Shown: positions 18,936 to 27,266 of the stretch, in pieces | Numbering within the stretch: position 1 is the stretch's first letter | How the letters are laid out: each line of letters opens with the position of its first letter | NCBI GenBank assembly: GCA_034006035.1 | Contig: JAVETN010000004.1 | Span: 128,827-192,826 of the forward strand | Source: Desulforegulaceae bacterium | GTDB lineage: Bacteria; Desulfobacterota; Desulfobacteria; Desulfobacterales; JACKCP01 | DNA length: 64,000 nt | Direction: 5' to 3' | The notes under the pieces: model-generated | Database searches by the model: none | Seen by the model: only the letters and a program-made list of their open reading frames with translations | Told to the model about the DNA's origin: nothing | Made by a program: the position numbers and the translations under genes

Positions 18936-19550
18936 TTATCCCCTAAATATAAGTTTAGAGTGTTTTGGCACTTTACCCTTAAAAAAATATTTTCTCTGGC
19001 TTAAGCTTTCAAGAGTCATTTCAAAGGTTTTCCATCTTTTTGTAAAATCTTTTATTGCTGCAAATCTTTTACCTGTAATTGAAAATGGGTAGTCCCATAA
19101 AACAAGATCTCCTGATTCATTGGTAAATCCTTCTCCAAAAAACTGAAATATTCCTCTTGAATAAACCCAGGCTTCTCTTTGAATAAGAGTTAAAATTTCA
19201 AAGTCTTTTTCTGTTCTAAAATCAAAAAGCGGAATAAATTCATAAATATATTTTGATTTTGAAATATATTTTTTTACCCATTTCATGTTTTTTCCAGGAA
19301 GTTTAGTTTTGGAATACTCAATGATATTTTTAAGCTTTAATTTGTCCTCTTGGTTTTCCTGGGGTAAAAGTTCAATTATTATAAGTAGTTCTAAATTTTT
19401 TTTTCTTATAATTATTTGATTGTTGGTGTTGGTTTTTTCATCTTCAAAATTCAAGAGTTTACCTAAAGGTTCATTTGCAATCCCTTTTTTTAAGGCTTGG
19501 GCTGAAATTCTTTTTTTGCCTGGACAAAAAAGTCTTGTCAGATAACTCAT
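18936..19550 (-). CDS. Hypothetical cytoplasmic protein, first gene of the operon
   Basis: 204-aa ORF lying 3 nt upstream of the permease gene. No TM segment and no motif that I recognise. Confidence 0.5.
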   Translation of the reverse strand: MSYLTRLFCPGKKRISAQALKKGIANEPLGKLLNFEDEKTNTNNQIIIRKKNLELLIIIELLPQENQEDKLKLKNIIEYSKTKLPGKNMKWVKKYISKSKYIYEFIPLFDFRTEKDFEILTLIQREAWVYSRGIFQFFGEGFTNESGDLVLWDYPFSITGKRFAAIKDFTKRWKTFEMTLESLSQRKYFFKGKVPKHSKLIFRG

Positions 19551-19679
19551 GGTTTTGACCTGCTTTCAGTTTCAGGTAAAATTAAGTTTAAAAGAAAATC
19601 CTTTCTTTTTTTTTGAAAAAGGGCGAAATTTTATAGTTATAATTACAATAAATAATAAAAAAATAATAGAGGTGAAATC

Positions 19680-20534
19680 ATGTTCAGGTTTAAAAAAGCA
19701 GTAATTGCCTACATTTCTCCAGGAGGTTCAACCAACGAGGTTGCTTTAACTTTAAAAGAAAATTTAAGCTTAAAAAATATTGATGTTTCAGTTTTTGAAG
19801 TAGGAAGGAAAAATAGCTTCACCAGTGTAAAAAAGGCTTTGAAGGAAGAGGGGGTTGTTTTTTTTCCGGGTTCACCAGTTTATGTAAGTAAAGTCCTTCC
19901 CACAATAACAAAGCTTATCAAAGAAGCAAAAACAGATAAAAATATACCTGCTGTTCCTTTTGTAACCTGGGGATGTGTTACAAGCGGGATTGCCCTTTAT
20001 GATGTAGGTAGAAGCTTGAAGGAAAATGGATTTAAAATTGCTGGAGCGCTCAAAGTTCCAGGACCTCACACAATGATGACTCCTGCTGAAGACGGACTTG
20101 GAGTTGGGCATCCCGACAATAAGGATAAAGAAATTATAGCTGAATTTGTTGATAAGCTTTTATTTTTATTAGAATCAGATGATTATAGCTCAAAATGTTT
20201 GACTCCAGACGATATTCAGTATCAGCCTGAAGATAAAAAAGCTGAAATGGAAAAAGGCAATGTTTACAAGGCAAGGGAAAATATGCCTCAAAAGATAGTG
20301 AGTGAATCTCTTTGCACCCTGTGTGGAGTTTGTGTTGAGCTTTGTCCTGTGGAAGCAATCACTCTTGAGCCTTACCCTGTTTTCCATGATAATTGTATAA
20401 GCTGTTTTAACTGCCATAGAAAATGTCCTGAGGAAGCTGTTTTATGCGATCTTGCACCTGTTGCCGAAAAAATCAAACAAAGGAAAAAAATGTTTGATGA
20501 AGCTGACCAAGCTGGATATTTCATTAATTCCTGA
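19680..20534 (+). CDS. Flavodoxin-like protein fused to a 2x[4Fe-4S] ferredoxin domain
   Basis: RBS GAGGTGA. CTLCGVCVELCP and CISCFNCHRKCP cluster motifs at the C-terminus. Flavodoxin-like N-terminal half. Confidence 0.7.
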   Translation: MFRFKKAVIAYISPGGSTNEVALTLKENLSLKNIDVSVFEVGRKNSFTSVKKALKEEGVVFFPGSPVYVSKVLPTITKLIKEAKTDKNIPAVPFVTWGCVTSGIALYDVGRSLKENGFKIAGALKVPGPHTMMTPAEDGLGVGHPDNKDKEIIAEFVDKLLFLLESDDYSSKCLTPDDIQYQPEDKKAEMEKGNVYKARENMPQKIVSESLCTLCGVCVELCPVEAITLEPYPVFHDNCISCFNCHRKCPEEAVLCDLAPVAEKIKQRKKMFDEADQAGYFINS

Positions 20535-20700
20535 GCTTAGTTTTCAGGCTGTTCTTATATTCTAAAGCTGTTTATAATGTCTGGAACAATGTTCAATTTG
20601 AATTGAAAGCTGACTGGAAATTTCTGATTTAATTATTGAAAAAATGAAGTTAAGAGCAGGAAATCCACCTTGAATCAATATATAAAAAGAGGAAAAAATT

Positions 20701-20871
20701 ATGCTGAAATTTGTAAGAAAAGCACGTAGAATTGCTTGGAATTCTCAGAGAAGACTAGGCACTTTAACAATGCTGCTTGAATTTTTTACTGGGAAATGGA
20801 AACGAGGCGGAAAGAAACTGGCGAATAAATTTATTGGTAGAAATGCCGTCAATCGCATGTTTTTTAAATAA
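20701..20871 (+). CDS. Possible 56-aa highly basic small protein (below the ORF-track cutoff)
   Basis: Hand translation: MLKFVRKARRIAWNSQRRLGTLTMLLEFFTGKWKRGGKKLANKFIGRNAVNRMFFK. AGAGGA lies 8 nt upstream of the ATG. It sits in an otherwise ORF-free 410-nt gap. Confidence 0.25.
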   Translation: MLKFVRKARRIAWNSQRRLGTLTMLLEFFTGKWKRGGKKLANKFIGRNAVNRMFFK

Positions 20872-20945
20872 AATTTGACTAAGAGCCAGTTTAGTTTTGA
20901 ATTGGAAAACATCTATTTCAATGAATTGAATCTTGTTTAAATTGT

Positions 20946-21731
20946 TTAGTCAAAAAGCCCTGAAGTCTTTCTAATTCCCTGACGGGTAAGTGCAAAATCA
21001 TACTTTACAGGATCTTCAGGGCAAAACTTTTTAAAACCCTTGGTAATTTCTATTGCAGTATTCATTGAACCTGATTTTTTTTCAGTAAGTCCATATTCAA
21101 TTGCTATCTTATGCATATGAGTATCAAGGGGAATTATAAGCGTGGATTTGTCGATTTTCCACCAACCAGGATCAACCTCATCATTTCTTATCATCCATCT
21201 TAAATAAAGATTCAGTCTTTTGCAGGCACTTTTTTTTTCTGCAAGAGGCATTAGATGTTTTGGTTCATAGGGATATGCGGCTTCATGGATAATTTTTGTA
21301 AAATTACAGGCAGCATTTAAAATAGTTTCATCGTTTTTGTCAAATCCTGATAAAAAACAGTTTTCAATACTTTTATATTTTTTTCTTATTTCTCTTATAC
21401 TTATTAAAAGCCCTGTAATATTTTCAGATTTTGCAAATCTGTGAACAAATCCTGAAGTGTTTTTTTTTATCCAGGAATCAGATTTTGAGTCAAGGGTTTT
21501 GGTTGGCTCATCCCCAAGAAGACTTAAGATTGTTTTAACAGATCTCATTATTATTTTAATATTTCCATAGGCAAGGCTTGAGGCAATCAGTCCTGCTGTT
21601 TCAATATCTTCTTTTTTGGTGTACTTGTATAAAAACCAGAGTGGGTCAGGATAAATAAATTCTTTTTTATTAAAGTTGTTATAAATTGCGTTTAGTTGGT
21701 TTTTTGTAAATTTTTTCATTTGTTCAGACAT
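20946..21731 (-). CDS. TIGR02757/DUF2400-like protein (HhH-GPD-like superfamily)
   Basis: ASSLAYGNIKII...PLDTHMHKIAIEYGL pattern recalled from this family. Recognition from memory only. Confidence 0.55.
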   Translation of the reverse strand: MSEQMKKFTKNQLNAIYNNFNKKEFIYPDPLWFLYKYTKKEDIETAGLIASSLAYGNIKIIMRSVKTILSLLGDEPTKTLDSKSDSWIKKNTSGFVHRFAKSENITGLLISIREIRKKYKSIENCFLSGFDKNDETILNAACNFTKIIHEAAYPYEPKHLMPLAEKKSACKRLNLYLRWMIRNDEVDPGWWKIDKSTLIIPLDTHMHKIAIEYGLTEKKSGSMNTAIEITKGFKKFCPEDPVKYDFALTRQGIRKTSGLFD

Positions 21732-21794
21732 TTTTAGGTTAAAAAAAGAAGTATAAGAGTTTTTAATAATTTTTTAAATAGATGAAAGAAAAAT

Positions 21795-22511
21795 ATGGAA
21801 ATAAAAAACGGAAAAGTATTGTTTGGTAATTTATTAAAAGGAAAGCTTGTAAAAAGATATAAAAGATTTCTTGCTGATATTGAGCTTGATTCAGGAGAGC
21901 TTATTACAGCCCATTGTGCAAATTCAGGAAGCATGAAAGCCTGCCTTGAAAAGGGAGCAGAGGTTTTTGTTTCCCCTCAGAACAGGCCTGAAAGAAAGCT
22001 GAAGTTTACCTGGGAACTGATAAAAATGCCAGATTCCCTTGTGGGAGTTAATACTTCAGTTCCAAATAAATTAACAGCATCTGCAATAGAATCAGGGAAA
22101 ATACAGGAATTCAAACAATATTCAAAGCTAATTTCTGAAGTAAAAACAAGTGCCCATACAAGACTTGATCTTATGCTTGAGGATAATTCATCAAACAAAT
22201 GTTATGTGGAAATAAAAAACTGCACACTTGTTGAAAATAAAAAAGCAATGTTTCCTGATGCTGTAACAACAAGGGGGCAAAAACATTTAAAAGAACTCAT
22301 GGATTTAAAAGAAGATGGACATTTTGCTGTTATTTTTTTTCTTGTCCAGAGAATGGACGCAGAATACTTTTCTCCTGCGGATTACATAGATCCTGAATAT
22401 GGAAAACTTTTAAGACAGGCTTTTGAAAAAGGAGTTGAAGTTATTGTTTATGACACTGTACTCAGTGAGAAATCAATTGAAATCAATCAAAGCCTTGAAT
22501 TTGTTTTGTAA
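21795..22511 (+). CDS. sfsA: SfsA (sugar fermentation stimulation protein A family, nuclease fold)
   Basis: GKLVKRYKRFLADIELDSGELITAHCANSGSM is the canonical SfsA N-terminus. Confidence 0.85.
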   Translation: MEIKNGKVLFGNLLKGKLVKRYKRFLADIELDSGELITAHCANSGSMKACLEKGAEVFVSPQNRPERKLKFTWELIKMPDSLVGVNTSVPNKLTASAIESGKIQEFKQYSKLISEVKTSAHTRLDLMLEDNSSNKCYVEIKNCTLVENKKAMFPDAVTTRGQKHLKELMDLKEDGHFAVIFFLVQRMDAEYFSPADYIDPEYGKLLRQAFEKGVEVIVYDTVLSEKSIEINQSLEFVL

Positions 22512-22560
22512 ATTTAAATAAATCCAGTTTGAAAAACCGGGAAGCTTTCTGTTTTCTATA

Positions 22561-22779
22561 TTAATCAATATTTCCCGGCTGAGAAAGTTTTCCTTTTCTA
22601 GCTCCAATTAAAAAATAAAATATAAATCCAACAAAGGGAATAAGGGAAATAATTGCCCAAAAAATTTTTTGACCCCTGGTTTTAAACTCTCTTTTTATAC
22701 AATGGGCAAAGCTGATATTTGTTAAAATTAAAAAGAAAAATCCAATAAAAATCCAGACAATCAGAGTTTTTAAATCCAT
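22561..22779 (-). CDS. Small membrane protein, PLD-nuclease N-terminal (PLDc_N)-like
   Basis: Two TM segments. KIFWAIISLIPFVGFIFYFLIG motif. Confidence 0.55.
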   Translation of the reverse strand: MDLKTLIVWIFIGFFFLILTNISFAHCIKREFKTRGQKIFWAIISLIPFVGFIFYFLIGARKGKLSQPGNID

Positions 22780-23642
22780 TAATTGTTTTCTCCTATAAGC
22801 TGGGAAAGTTTTAAAACAGTTTGAGCGTATGGCATACTTTTATTATATCTTAGAATTACTGGTATAAGTTTTTTTTCATCTTGATTCTCAGGCCAGCCGT
22901 GCATTTTAAGATAGTTTCCAACACTTGCAATTGCATCTTTATGATTTAAAAGGTCTATTTTTCCGTCCATGTCTCCGTCCCTTGCATAAACTGGAATATT
23001 TGAAGGCATGAATTGGGGGATTCCTACTGCACCTGCATAAGAACCTATGATTTCTGAAGTATCATGATCAAATTCTTTTGCAAAATCAATAAACTTTTTC
23101 AATTCTTTATATCCAAAATCAGCCCTGTTTTCTGCTCTTTTTACAAAATCATCTCCAGAATATCTGTTTTTTTGGGAAGGGATTGATTTTTGTACCATTT
23201 TTTGAATTTTTGAGTTTTCAAGGGAGGCAATTGAAGAAAGGGATGAAAGAACAGGTCTGTTTCCAATAAAACCGCCAAGCTTTGTTTCCACAGTTAAAAT
23301 GGCAGTTATTATTTCAGGGGGAACCTTGTACTTTTCTTTTACCATGGAAAATGTTTCTTCATATTTGTTGATATATTCTTTTCCTTTTTTTACAAAATCA
23401 GGCCCAAGAAATCTATCATAATCAAGTTTATATTCGCTTACTGTAAAAAAAAGTGTGGTTGATCCAAATTCAAATTTAATTGATTCTGGAGAATAAATTT
23501 TTTCTATATATTCCTTGTCAAACCCATCGTTTATAAGTTTTTGCTTTATATAGTCAAAATAAGAGTGATCTGCCATCAGACCTGGGGGCAGAAGATAAAA
23601 GGCTGCTAAAAAAATTAAAAAAAATTTATAAGTAAATTTCAT
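22779..23642 (-). CDS. MltB-family lytic murein transglycosylase
   Basis: GSYAGAVGIPQFMPSNIPVYARDGDMDGKIDLLNHKDAIASVGNYLKMHGW is the MltB/Slt35 signature. I prefer the ATG at 23642 (MKFTYKFFLIFLAAF signal peptide) over the track's GTG at 23690. Confidence 0.8.
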   Translation of the reverse strand: MKFTYKFFLIFLAAFYLLPPGLMADHSYFDYIKQKLINDGFDKEYIEKIYSPESIKFEFGSTTLFFTVSEYKLDYDRFLGPDFVKKGKEYINKYEETFSMVKEKYKVPPEIITAILTVETKLGGFIGNRPVLSSLSSIASLENSKIQKMVQKSIPSQKNRYSGDDFVKRAENRADFGYKELKKFIDFAKEFDHDTSEIIGSYAGAVGIPQFMPSNIPVYARDGDMDGKIDLLNHKDAIASVGNYLKMHGWPENQDEKKLIPVILRYNKSMPYAQTVLKLSQLIGENN

Positions 23643-23660
23643 ATCTATTTCTCTTTTCAT

Positions 23661-24324
23661 ATTCAGCTGTTTTTTTAAAGTTTCATACACTTTATTGAAG
23701 TTTATTCCTGCCTCATTTGATGAATGAGCGTTTGAACCAATAGTTACACTGATTCCTTGTCTTAAGACATAACTTTAATAATTTTTTTGAAGGATACTGT
23801 CTTTTCAAAGGATTTGCAAAGCCTGAAGTGTTTATTTCCATTGATATTTTTTTTTGATTCATTTTACCAAGGATTTTATTTGTTTTTTCTTTGGTTTTAT
23901 TGGTTATGGATGGATTTTCATAGAACTTGTATATAAGATCAAAATGAACAAAAGATCCAATCATGTCAAAGTCAAAAATTGAACAGATATTTTCAGTGTG
24001 ATTAAAATAGTCGGGATGAAAATCAGTTTCAAGGTCGCATTTGACAATTAATTTGTCTTTATATTTTTGTCCTGGTTTTTTTATTGTATAAAGATAAACA
24101 AAAACTTTTTGTATTGTTGTTGAGTTTTTAAAGTCTTTTTCAAAAAGTGCTAAGAGATCAAGAAAAAGGGTTTTTAAAAGTTTTTCATCTCTTGGTCTTA
24201 ATCCAAAAGACTCAATGCTTCCTTTTGCATGGTTGCAAAATTTTGTATCTATATGATAATTAGTTTTTATCAATGGTTTAGTCTTAAATAAGGTTTGTAT
24301 ATGTTTTTGAAAATTTATTATCAT
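23661..24324 (-). pseudogene. Decayed HisJ-type PHP phosphoesterase gene with a frameshift near the 3' end
   Basis: NYHIDTKFCNHAKGS (degenerate DxHxHT), IGSFVH, INTSGFANPLKRQYPSKKLL. The expected continuation GISVTIGSNAHSSNEAG is found by hand in another frame starting around 23765. Confidence 0.5.
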
Positions 24325-24363
24325 TTTTTTTATTTAAATAAAATATAAATCAGAGTGTGAAAT

Positions 24364-25740
24364 TTGGCTCCTAAAAAAGAAAAAATACTTTATATTTGTT
24401 CAAACTGTGGCAGCAGATCTTTAAAATGGCTGGGCAAATGCCCTGACTGCGGAAGCTGGGACAGTTTTGTTGAAGAAGTTGAAAAAAAATTAAGACCCGG
24501 AACTAAAAACAGGCTTAAAACAAGAAAACCTATTGTTCTTTCTTCAGTTGAATCTGACAGTGAGTCAAGAATTGGAACAAGAATTGAAGAGTTTGACAGG
24601 GTTCTTGGCGGCGGAGTGGTGCCTGGAAGCCTTGTTCTTATTGGAGGGGATCCTGGAATAGGCAAATCAACCCTTATGCTTCAAATGGCCTCTTCTCTTG
24701 CTTCTCTTGGAAAAAAGGTACTTTATGTTTCAGGTGAGGAATCAGCCAGCCAGATAAAATTAAGAAGCGAACGGCTTGAATCATCAAATAAAATTTTGGT
24801 ATTAACAGAAACAGGGCTTGAAATTGTTGTTGCCTGTGCCGTTGAAATGAAACCCGATGTATTGATAATTGACTCTGTTCAAACCCTTTATTCTGAAGAT
24901 CTTGGTTCAGCTCCGGGAAGCGTTTCCCAGGTAAGAGAGGCTGCAGTAAGATTTATGGGTTTTGCAAAAAAAGAAGGAATTCCTACTTTTCTTGTAGGTC
25001 ATGTTACAAAGGAAGGAACAATTGCAGGGCCAAGAGTTTTGGAACATATGGTTGATACTGTTTTATATTTTGAAGGTGATTCTGGAAATGTATATAGAAT
25101 TTTAAGGGCTGTAAAAAACAGGTTTGGGTCAACAAATGAAATCGGGCTTTTTGAAATGAAGGAAAGAGGGCTTTTTGGAATTTCCAACCCTTCAGGAGTT
25201 TTTCTTTCAGAACGGCCTGTAAATACTGCAGGTTCATCTGTGACTGCGACCATGGAAGGAACAAGGCCTATTTTAATTGAAATTCAAGGTCTTGTGTCAA
25301 ACTCAGGTTTTGGGGGGCCTCCAAGAAGAACTGTTGTTGGTGTGGAGCAAAATCGACTTGCTTTAATAATTGCTGTAATGGAAAAAAAAGTGGGGATTCA
25401 TTTTTCAGATCATGATGTTTTTGTAAATGCAGCAGGTGGGGTAAGGGTTTCAGAACCTGCTTCAGATCTTGCTGTGGCTTCAGCTGTGGCTTCAAGTTTT
25501 TTTGATCTTCCAATTCCAGAAGATATGATAGTTCTTGGAGAAATAGGGCTTACAGGAGAGCTTAGGGGAGTTACCAACCTTGAAAAAAGAATTATTGAGG
25601 CAAAAAAACTTGGATTTAAAAAATTTGTTGTTCCTGAAAACAGCCTTTCGTCAAAGGGCTTTAAGGGGATAGAAATATTTTCGGTTCCAAACCTTACAAA
25701 AGCAATGGATTTGATTTTTTCTTCAGAGCAGGGAAACTAA
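24364..25740 (+). CDS. radA: DNA repair protein RadA/Sms (TTG start)
   Basis: Zinc ribbon YICSNCGSRSLKWLGKCPDCGSW, Walker A GGDPGIGKST, KNRFG motif, Lon-like C-terminus. Confidence 0.9.
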   Translation: MAPKKEKILYICSNCGSRSLKWLGKCPDCGSWDSFVEEVEKKLRPGTKNRLKTRKPIVLSSVESDSESRIGTRIEEFDRVLGGGVVPGSLVLIGGDPGIGKSTLMLQMASSLASLGKKVLYVSGEESASQIKLRSERLESSNKILVLTETGLEIVVACAVEMKPDVLIIDSVQTLYSEDLGSAPGSVSQVREAAVRFMGFAKKEGIPTFLVGHVTKEGTIAGPRVLEHMVDTVLYFEGDSGNVYRILRAVKNRFGSTNEIGLFEMKERGLFGISNPSGVFLSERPVNTAGSSVTATMEGTRPILIEIQGLVSNSGFGGPPRRTVVGVEQNRLALIIAVMEKKVGIHFSDHDVFVNAAGGVRVSEPASDLAVASAVASSFFDLPIPEDMIVLGEIGLTGELRGVTNLEKRIIEAKKLGFKKFVVPENSLSSKGFKGIEIFSVPNLTKAMDLIFSSEQGN

Positions 25741-25744
25741 ACAA

Positions 25745-26350
25745 ATGGCAAAAAAAAAGAAAAAGACAAATAAGTGGGATGATGATTTTTATACTCAGCT
25801 TGCAAAAAAGGAAAATTATCCTGCAAGGTCTGTATATAAATTAAAAGAAATTAATGAAAAATTTAAATTTTTTAAAAAAGGGCAAAATATCTTGGATCTT
25901 GGCTGTGCTCCAGGATCCTGGCTTAAGTTTGCAGCTGAAAAGACAGGAAAAAGCGGGAGTGTTCTAGGGGTTGATTTAAAAGAGATTGAAATTTTGCTTC
26001 CTGAAAATGTAAAGTTTTTTCAAGGAGATATTTTTGAAAAAGAAACCATAGATTTTTTAAGTTCTTTTGGGCCTTATAATGTTTTGATGAGTGATATGGC
26101 TCCTGACACAACAGGTGTTAAATTCGCTGATTCTGTAAAATCAGCTGCTCTTTGCGAATCGGCTTTGTATCTTTGCCAGTCCCTTTTAGAGCAGGGAGGG
26201 GTTTTTATTACAAAAATTTTTCAGGGCCCTGATTTTGATAATTTTGCAAGGCAAGTTCTTCAGGAGTTTGATAAAAGGAAAATTTTTAAACCCAAGGCCT
26301 GCAGAAAAAATTCAAAGGAAGTTTATATAGTTGGAATGGGCAGAAAATAA
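25745..26350 (+). CDS. rlmE: 23S rRNA 2'-O-ribose methyltransferase RlmE/FtsJ
   Basis: ARSVYKLKEINEKFKFFKKGQNILDLGCAPGSW...MSDMAPDTTG. Confidence 0.85.
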   Translation: MAKKKKKTNKWDDDFYTQLAKKENYPARSVYKLKEINEKFKFFKKGQNILDLGCAPGSWLKFAAEKTGKSGSVLGVDLKEIEILLPENVKFFQGDIFEKETIDFLSSFGPYNVLMSDMAPDTTGVKFADSVKSAALCESALYLCQSLLEQGGVFITKIFQGPDFDNFARQVLQEFDKRKIFKPKACRKNSKEVYIVGMGRK

Positions 26351-26525
26351 AATTTGATTACAAAATATTCAGGGTTAATTTTAACCTTTATTTAAATGTA
26401 TAAAAAGGTTGTTTTATGAGTTAAAATAAATCTTTACTATAATTTATAATAAGAGTAAGTTGATTCGTTTTTTTGAATTCAAAACTTAAAAAGAAATATA
26501 ATTATTATTTGAAAGGATAGAAGAT

Positions 26526-27263
26526 ATGGCAGGCCATAGTAAATGGGCAAATATCAAGCACAAAAAAGGAAGAGAAGATGCTAAAAGAGGTAAGATTTTT
26601 ACCAAGCTTATCAAAGAAATAACTGTAGCCGCTAAAATCGGCGGAGGAGAACTTGAGTCAAACCCCAGGCTTCGTACTGCTGTTGATGCTGCAAAAGCGG
26701 CTAATATGCCTAAAGACAATATAGAAAGAGCTGTAAAAAAAGGCACAGGAGATCTTGAGGGAGTTAATTATGAAGATATAAGGTACGAAGGCTACGGACC
26801 TGGTGGTGCTGCTGTGCTTGTTGAATGCCTTACAGACAATAAAAATCGTTCAGTTGCTGAAGTAAGGCATCTGTTTGCAAAGTTTGGAGGAAATTTAGGT
26901 GAAAACGGTTGTGTGGACTGGATATTTGAAAAAAAAGGCTTTATAATTATGGCCAAAGAAGGAATAGATGAAGAAAAACTTATGGAAATTGCTCTTGAAG
27001 CAGGTGCTGAAGATATTGAAGAGCAGGATGATTCTTTTGAAATTTATTCCCAGGCCCAGGATTTTGAATCTGTAAAAAATGCAATTGATCAAGCTGAAAT
27101 TAAATATGAATTGGCTGAAATAACCATGATACCCCAAAATGAAATAGAACTAGACGGCAGTGATGCTGAAAATATGATCAAGCTTATTGACGGACTTGAA
27201 GACTGTGATGATGTTCAAAACGTTTATAATAACGCAGATATACCGGACTCTTTTTATGAGTAG
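26526..27263 (+). CDS. YebC/PmpR-family transcriptional regulator
   Basis: [41 protein letters not shown] is the canonical N-terminus. Confidence 0.9.
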   Translation: MAGHSKWANIKHKKGREDAKRGKIFTKLIKEITVAAKIGGGELESNPRLRTAVDAAKAANMPKDNIERAVKKGTGDLEGVNYEDIRYEGYGPGGAAVLVECLTDNKNRSVAEVRHLFAKFGGNLGENGCVDWIFEKKGFIIMAKEGIDEEKLMEIALEAGAEDIEEQDDSFEIYSQAQDFESVKNAIDQAEIKYELAEITMIPQNEIELDGSDAENMIKLIDGLEDCDDVQNVYNNADIPDSFYE

Positions 27264-27266
27264 ATT

